A stretch of DNA of 64,000 nucleotides from the NCBI GenBank assembly GCA_013265495.1, contig MU063048.1:4841302-4905301 (forward strand), in the 5' to 3' direction. Each line of letters starts with the position of its first letter. Within the stretch, counting starts at the first letter, position 1. Made by a program: the position numbers and the translations under genes. The notes beneath the pieces are model-generated. The model was not told the origin of the DNA, did no database searches, and worked only from the letters and a program-made list of their open reading frames with translations. Below are positions 57,590 through 64,000 of this stretch, piece after piece. Origin of the DNA: Vicugna vicugna (Eukaryota).

Positions 57590-57971
57590 GGCACACCAAC
57601 TAGCAGGCTGTCTCCGTGCACCAGCAGCAGGAAGCGGCCCCAGAAGTCAGGTGTGGGGTTTCCTGCTGAGACAGAAGCTGGAAGGAACCAGCACCTTTTA
57701 CACAAAAAAGCCACCAGCGGGAACCAGACCCAGAGAAGCCAAAGGTTAACAAAGGTGCTCTGAGAAACGGAGTTGAGTCAGAAGCTGCCGGGCAGGGGGA
57801 GGCTGCCTGTGAGGACCAGCACAGGGACTTCAGGAGGGACTGAGGCTGCAGACGTGTGCCAGGTGGCACGCGGCCCACACCTCTCGGGACACGCCTGTCA
57901 GGACACCGCACCCCAGGTGTCAGCCCCACGTCCGTAGCACAGGGCAGCGTCTCAGGACTAAACATGCTTTC

Positions 57972-58045
57972 CCTTTTTTCTTCAGCTTTATTGAGACATA
58001 ACTGACATACAACATTGTGTACGTCACGGTGTACATCTGCTGGTT
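57972..58045 (-). mobile_element. L1M 3' terminal fragment
   Basis: TTCAGCTTTATTGAGACATAACTGACATACAACATTGTGTACG. Confidence 0.65.
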
Positions 58046-59814
58046 TCCAAAAATCTTGATAATGAGAGACAGACAGCCTGGTTAGGGGATAAAGTTAGTC
58101 TTCACAAAGCAAATATTTTATCTTTCCCAATAAAGTAAGAAACTGGACATTTGAATTGAACATTAAGTGTCACAAGTCTGCTTCCTGGAAGTCGGTCATG
58201 GGTGTGAGGACAGACCTGAGCACCTTATGTGCAAAGCAGGGTCCCACCAGGGGTGCACCTGTGGGGGCCTTGGGCCGGCAGCACCCTTCAGTCCCCCCTG
58301 GACAGGGCAGAGCCCACACCCTGCCACGGCGGGGGAGACCAGACTCGGGAGAGCCGCACCAGGAGCACCCCTCCTCCCCCAGCCTCCTCAGCCCCTTCGC
58401 CTCCACACCACAGTCCCCTTCCAGGCCCCCGTTTGTCACCTGGACGGCCGTGGTCATGGCCTCCTGACCAGCCCCTCATGGACCCCCACTCCCCCCTGCA
58501 CACCTGCCACTGTGCCAGTGCGCCCAGCACATTCAGGAGCCCCCTCCGGTCCGCAGACCGGCTGCTCACAAGGCTGCATGCTCGGGACCAGACCTCTGAG
58601 CTGGTCAGCTTCAAGGCAGGTGTGAGGAGTCACCAGTCACTGGACAGCAGCACCAAGTGGACAGTGGACGCCTGGGCCTCTGCCTGTGTCTGTAGCTCCC
58701 ATCACTGCCCCCCAGCACCGGTTCCTGTCACACAAAGCGATCGTGCAGGCCTCTGCCTGGACTCCCCTCTGCCCATAGTGCTGATTGCTCAGCACCCATC
58801 TTCAGGCCTCCAGTTCAGTACCACCTTCTCTGAGGTGCCTTCCCGAACACGATCTCCCTCCCCCAACCTGGAAAGGTGTCTCCCTTCCCCACACGGCACA
58901 GGAGCACCTGCCTGGTGCTCGCAGCCTGCTCTGCAACTGCCAGTTTTCCTCGCTGCCACCCCCCACCAAGCCAGTCTTCTGAGAACCAGGGGTGGGTCTG
59001 TGTGTCCTGCCTGAGTCCCACAGCACCTGCTGGGACGAACGAGCCTTCGTCAAGCGAACCAACAAGGGGCTGGATGACGGAGGCAGGGCAGGCCTCCCTC
59101 ACGGTGGACCTGGGCTGGGCGGACCGGTGTTCGAAGAAAACCACAGAAGAGGCAGCCTGAGAGAACTGCCCGGAGCCACGGCCCCCTTACCCGACAAGGA
59201 GGGCCCTCGGGGCTGGGGGAGTCCACCGTCCCCATCTCCACGAGACCCGGACACCTGGTCTGGTCACAGGAACTGACCACCACCCCACAGTGGCCCAAAA
59301 TCACCCCCAGAGAGAGCGCGGGGGAAACAGGCAAACAGAGGCTCCAGCTTCACGGCCACGCACGCTGCAGTGGTGCTGGCCCTTCCCCAGAGGCCCTGGC
59401 GCTGGGGCCTCAAAGCCTCTGCGTGCAGAGCCTGGGGCACCCGGCCCCTCCCTCTCACCCTGCCCACTGATTTGGGACCAGAAAACCCAGGTTCAAGCAA
59501 AGCATCGCTAACATCTTTAGTTTCTGGTATGTTTCCTGGGCTCTCTGAGCCTCAGGTGAATGAAATACTATCTTCTCTCCGGCCTACACCGCTGCGGGGG
59601 ACGGTCTGTGGCCTGCAGAGCACCGGACAGCCACCTGGCGAGGGGCCTGTGTGCTGCCCAGGGGTCTTCCAAGGCTCGCCCTGGGCTGGGCTGCTGCTCA
59701 AGTCCGATCTTCACAGGAGGGGACTGGGGGGCATCTCAGGGCTTCCAGGTCCAGCACCTACACCTGGATTACCCATGCTTCACCCAGGCGGGCCTGTTGA
59801 GTCAGAACAAGCAT

Positions 59815-59820
59815 TTTAAT
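59815..59820 (-). terminator. DUSP22: Candidate DUSP22 polyadenylation signal ATTAAA
   Basis: Variant hexamer about 0.84 kb after the terminal-exon stop, followed by TGCTTGTTCTG. No transcript evidence. Confidence 0.35.
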
Positions 59821-60656
59821 GCTCCAAATGGATCTGAACTGTCATCCCACACCGGCCAGGGGCTGCTGGGCACGAGGGGTCCTCTTCACCCAACTCATCG
59901 CCCCGCCCCCGCCCCGACTCAGAACACAGGCCAAGCACACACCTCCGCCAATGAGCCCACCCTGTCAGCTCCCTGAGCTCAAGCCAAACCTATCCTTTAA
60001 GTAAAAGTTAGGTTTCCTTCTCCCCTGCTGGACTGAGACGAGAAAAAGTTGAGAAATTGACTTCAACTGCTCTTCACACCAGTTAGCGTCCTTCAAATCG
60101 AAGCTGAACACGGAATCAGGAGAAGGCACTGGACGCCGCATCCCCCGGGACCCCGGCCCACGGGGACCCACGTTCTCCCACAGGGAAGCAGGTCACCACC
60201 CCACCCTCTGGAAAGCAGCCCCCAACGGCCTGGTGGCGTGGGGTCCCCACCCGGCTGAGGAGGAAGGCGGGCGGCGGGGCTCAACGTGGAGGGCTGCCTT
60301 CACCAACAGAAACACGTGTGGGCGCCAAGGCCACACGGGGAACAAAACCAGGGATGGAACACAGCCCGGGAGCCGCGCTCCAGGAGCAGAGGGGGCACGG
60401 CAGGCCGCGGAGACGGCCTGGGCAGCGGGGCTCAGGGCAAACAGGGAGCCACAGCAGTGGCACCAGGTGAAGACAGGTCTCTTTTGCCAGAGACGGCACG
60501 TGGCTGGCGACATGCTGTACCGGTTTGAGAGGAAAACAGGCAGGTTCACAAACCACTTCTGGACACTTAAACTCTGGGTTGCTTTTCTTCCTGGCAGCAC
60601 CAGCCTAAACTCTGTGGCTCTGCAACATTTCAGAAACGTCAGGAACATTACAGTCT

Positions 60657-60694
60657 TCAGAGAAAGGCCCAGGACTTCAGAATCCCCGAGGTGG
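60657..60694 (-). CDS. DUSP22: DUSP22 terminal exon of the spliced isoform (ends at an early TGA)
   Basis: TTCTTTCTTCACAG|CC ACC TCG GGG ATT CTG AAG TCC TGG GCC TTT CTC TGA AGA CTG TAA translates (A)TSGILKSWAFL*RL*, versus human AAPGILKFWAFLRRL*. Confidence 0.88.
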
Positions 60695-60840
60695 CTGTGA
60701 AGAAAGAACATCACTGGCGACAAACGTAAAACGACACTTTAAAACACAGGAATACGTTTAGGGTCCACGCTGGACACACATGTTTACGCGTTCAAGCTGA
60801 CATCCTGGTACTTTTCCTGTTAACATGTTTGCGCTCGCGC

Positions 60841-60882
60841 TCTCTCTCTCTCCCTCCCTCTCTCTCTCTTTTTTTTTTTTTT
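60841..60882. repeat. (TC)n/(TCCC)n plus T14 polypyrimidine tract in the last DUSP22 intron
   Basis: Seen directly; the T run spans 60869-60882. Confidence 0.9.
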
Positions 60883-62185
60883 CGGTTTAAGGAAAAGTCA
60901 CTTTCGAGGCAAACTGTCTTGGCTGCAGAAGGGTAACTCCATGCGCAGGCCTCCCTTCTCCTGGCCCCGAGGAGGTCGCCTATGACACACTTTCTTTTTA
61001 TTCAGGGACCCTTTTGTGGTGGAATTCGGAGAAACTGGGCTGCAACGTCTGTTTAGGGAGAGGCTGAGTATGTGTCTTCATCTGCGTGGCTCTTCGTGCT
61101 GAGACCACCCGAGTCAGCACAGAGGCCTGGGCCACGGGGCTGCTCAGCGCGCACAGGTCGCACCTGGCTGGTGACTTTACCCACCAGGAGGCACCCCTGC
61201 AGCCCAAGTCAGAAGCTCTGAGTAGCCCAGTGATGTGATCCTTTCCCCTCTGGCTTCAGACGCAGTTGTGATGGAACAGTTCCAGCTGTGAGGCAGAACT
61301 GACTGGAATAATGAAAACACCTCGAAAACACTTAACGAGGTAGCTGAGAGCAGGTTTCAAATCCACAGCACACACAAAGGTGCCTGATTAGTGCTCAGGG
61401 ACTTCAAAAACGCATATTCAAGCGGAAACCGTGACGGTGCCCAGAACCGCTCTTTCTTCCAGCTCCGAGGCGCATGCAGACCTTGCAGAGAGGCCCTGGC
61501 AGCAAGAGCGGCAGGCGGCGGGGAGAGGCGAAGCTGGACAGAGGCAGAGGGCGGACGTGGGGCTGCTCCCCATGCGGTGAAAGCTGGTGCGGAAGGACAG
61601 CCACCAAGGGCCCTCAGGGTGTGAAAGGCAGAGAAGGGGCTGACTTGGGCGGGAGGGGTCGAGGCCGGGCTCACCACTGCCCCAGCCTCCAAGGGTCCCA
61701 GGAACACCCTCAGGAGGCAGCTGGGCCCCTGCCGCCCGGCACCAGCACCCTGGGCTCCGGGGAGGCCCCTGCCCCCTGAGCCCTCCCCACCGTCTGCTCA
61801 CAGGCACGGGCTGCCCTGGCTAAATGGCTCTCCCAAGGCCAACTCCAAACGCACCCCCCCCCCCGTGGAGCCTTGGGAGAAGCAGCACAGCCAGTCCCAC
61901 AGTGCAGGGTTTGTGGTGGTTCCCGTAACGTGAACATGCAGAGTTCACACTCACACATGCACAGACATGCTCACGTACGCACGTGCACACAGGTGTGCAC
62001 ACGCACCCCGGCTCGCCAGGACACGAGGGGCAGCAGCATCCAGGCAGCGCAGAAGCTGGGAGTGGTTCTTGGGAGGGGCCTGATTCACCAGACACCCACT
62101 TCCAGTCCTCGGGCCAGGCCAGCAACCAGGGTACCCAGCAGGACGGCACGGAGGGCGAGTGGGAGTGGCAGGAGCGAGGCCCAGG

Positions 62186-62368
62186 CTAGGTCTCCGTGGT
62201 GTGGCTGCCATGGGGCAGAGGAGCCAGGGCCTGGAAGCTGCTCCAGCGCCTGGTGCCAGGCGGGGGCTCTGCACGCCCCTGCTCTTTATATTTACCCAGG
62301 ATGCTTCTGGCTGCTTCTGCGTCCCGCAAAGGGTCCTCTCCATACTCCTCCCTCAGCCACTGCCGGAA
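62186..62368 (-). CDS. DUSP22: DUSP22 next exon read through to TAG (long C-terminus isoform, about 205 aa)
   Basis: CTCCAG|TTCCGG. Translates FRQWLREEYGEDPLRDAEAARSILGKYKEQGRAEPPPGTRRWSSFQALAPLPHGSHTTET*, matching the human long-isoform tail. An internal donor G|GTAAAT after 62296 serves the spliced isoform. Confidence 0.92.
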   Translation of the reverse strand, partial: FRQWLREEYGEDPLRDAEAARSILGKYKEQGRAEPPPGTRRWSSFQALAPLPHGSHTTET

Positions 62369-62798
62369 CTGGAGAAGGTGGAAACAAAACCGAGATGCCA
62401 CAAAGCTGCACCCCAGGACCCTCACCTACTACCTGACGGGCAGGTTCTGCCACTGTAAATGGGAGCATATGGGTGCTGAGCGTGCAGCGCTGAGGCTGCC
62501 AGCCAGGGGCAAGGAGGAAGAATGACTGCTTCTCCCCGGTTTGGGCTTGAGAACATAAAAGCAAGCGCACTGAGAAGGTGCTTGACCCAAAGGGAGAGAA
62601 ACAGATGTCCATGTGAGGCTGAGGAACGAGGGGAAGGGCAGTGAACAAGAGGCCAGAGGTGGCTGCAGTGGGGATGAGGGCGACCTGCCCCAGATGACCT
62701 CTAGGCCTCTCCGACCTCCAGGAGTCTAGCGTGTGCACAAAGACTGAGGAATCTTCCCAGGGCCGCCGCCGCCGCTGCCAGCCCCCAAGCGTAGTTAC

Positions 62799-62970
62799 CT
62801 GGTGGACTTGGTGCTTCTCGAACTCCTGGAGCTGCCTCTGGAAGCCCAGGTTGGGGTTGGCGCAGGACCTCCCTGCACGCACGGTGTGGAGGGCGTCTTC
62901 CCAGCCGAAGTCGGTGACCGTCATGATGTACGCGACCACCAGGGTCACACTTCGGGAGACGCCAGCCAGG
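62799..62970 (-). CDS. DUSP22: DUSP22 internal exon carrying the phosphatase active-site loop
   Basis: CCTGCAG|C CTG GCT...CAC CAG|GTAAC, 172 nt. Translates (C)LAGVSRSVTLVVAYIMTVTDFGWEDALHTVRAGRSCANPNLGFQRQLQEFEKHQVHQ with the CX5R motif intact. Upstream exons are outside the window. Confidence 0.97.
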
Positions 62971-64000
62971 CTGCAGGGCCGAAAGCCGCAGGGCAAGGGA
63001 GGGTCAGTGACTCTGTGGACTTGTTTAGGCGCCCTTCCCGTCTTGGATCATGAGTGGACAGCAAGCCAGTACGTTACCAGGAAGTCACCCAGAAACACAC
63101 CGGCTTCTCTCTACTTGGTGATGCTAGAATCTCAGGCATTCTTTTTCTGTGTGAGCCTCATTTTTTATTGGTTTTCTACTGGCTCTGGCTCCAGACACTT
63201 TGCTTTATGATCCTCTACTGTTCCTGAGCCCCTCCTCAGATGCTCCCACTCCCCTGGGCAGCACAATCACTAAAGCCCGTCAAGGAAGCAAGGGGGTCTG
63301 AGTAATAAGCCCGGTTACAAACTGCAGCCGTCTAGAAGGTGCCACTTTTTAGGTCTGGCTTCCTTAGATACATGAGGGCCAAGCCTACAGCTTAGAAGTT
63401 CGCTGAGCATTGCGTGCTCTGCACACCCCTCGGCAGGGCACCGGAGCAGGCACAGTCCACGTGCTCTGGGGGGGCGGGGGGACGCTCTGCAGGCGGTAAC
63501 GGGCAGTTTCTCCAGCAGGCTGAGGACGGGGACCGATTTTAAATGCACATGCAAATGAAGGCGGTCACAGAGGGGTTGTGCTGCGTCAGACTTGGAGTGT
63601 GCAGCAACGGTTTACAATGGGGAAGTGTAAGCGAGTGTCTCATTTTTAGAAAGGCCTATGCTCAGATTTACACAACTCTACGAAATACGAATTCCTAGAG
63701 TATCAGGCCTGCACACAGTCAAATATAAATAATAGTAATAGTAAAAATAAAAGAACCGCTCTCAAGTAGCGGTTCTGCCCTCAGGCTTTGTGTCAGAAAT
63801 ATCGAGAGAGCTTGTTTTAAAAAGGCATCCTCTTGGGCTGCACCTGGGGAGATGCTAACGCCAGGCACTGCACCCAGGACCCCTGGAATGGCTCCGACGG
63901 CAGCGTGAAGTGCTGTGAAGCAAACGCGAGTGAGTGTCACAAAACCTGCACTTGTGTTCATTACATGTCCTGCTCTTTCTAAAAGTAAAAGGAGAAACCA

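Noticed and set aside
1-64000. CRISPR arrays, tRNA/rRNA/snRNA genes, intact transposase or retroviral ORFs
   Set aside because: None seen. The only tRNA-like sequence is the degenerate SINE head at about 42.4-42.5 kb.

Overview
Mammalian, GC-rich genomic window. It is most likely camelid, judged from a camelid-type tRNA-derived SINE and cetartiodactyl-type L1 3' ends. The whole IRF4 gene lies on the minus strand: non-coding exon 1 near 25.6 kb inside a CpG island, eight coding exons whose sizes (216/187/89/145/108/354/113/144 nt) sum to a 451-aa CDS, and a ~3.2 kb 3'UTR ending near 9.57 kb. About 158 nt of coding exon 2 are hidden in an N gap. The last three exons of DUSP22 lie on the minus strand at 60.6-63.0 kb, giving the same DUSP22-IRF4 arrangement as human 6p25.3. 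The remainder is intron or intergenic DNA with old L1/L2/MIR/MER/MLT fragments, one solo LTR and microsatellites. Nearly all other ORFs in the six-frame track are GC-rich shadows. I found no evidence of a wholly new multi-gene system. The best leads are: a nonsense change removing the last 3 residues of the spliced DUSP22 isoform; a diverged orthologue of the rs12203592 melanocyte enhancer plus several strong MITF M-boxes; strongly one-directional AT-to-GC divergence in a repeat copy (consistent with GC-biased gene conversion); a (GGC)13 tract in the IRF4 3'UTR; a perfect 24-bp palindrome; and a solo LTR with target-site duplication between the two genes.
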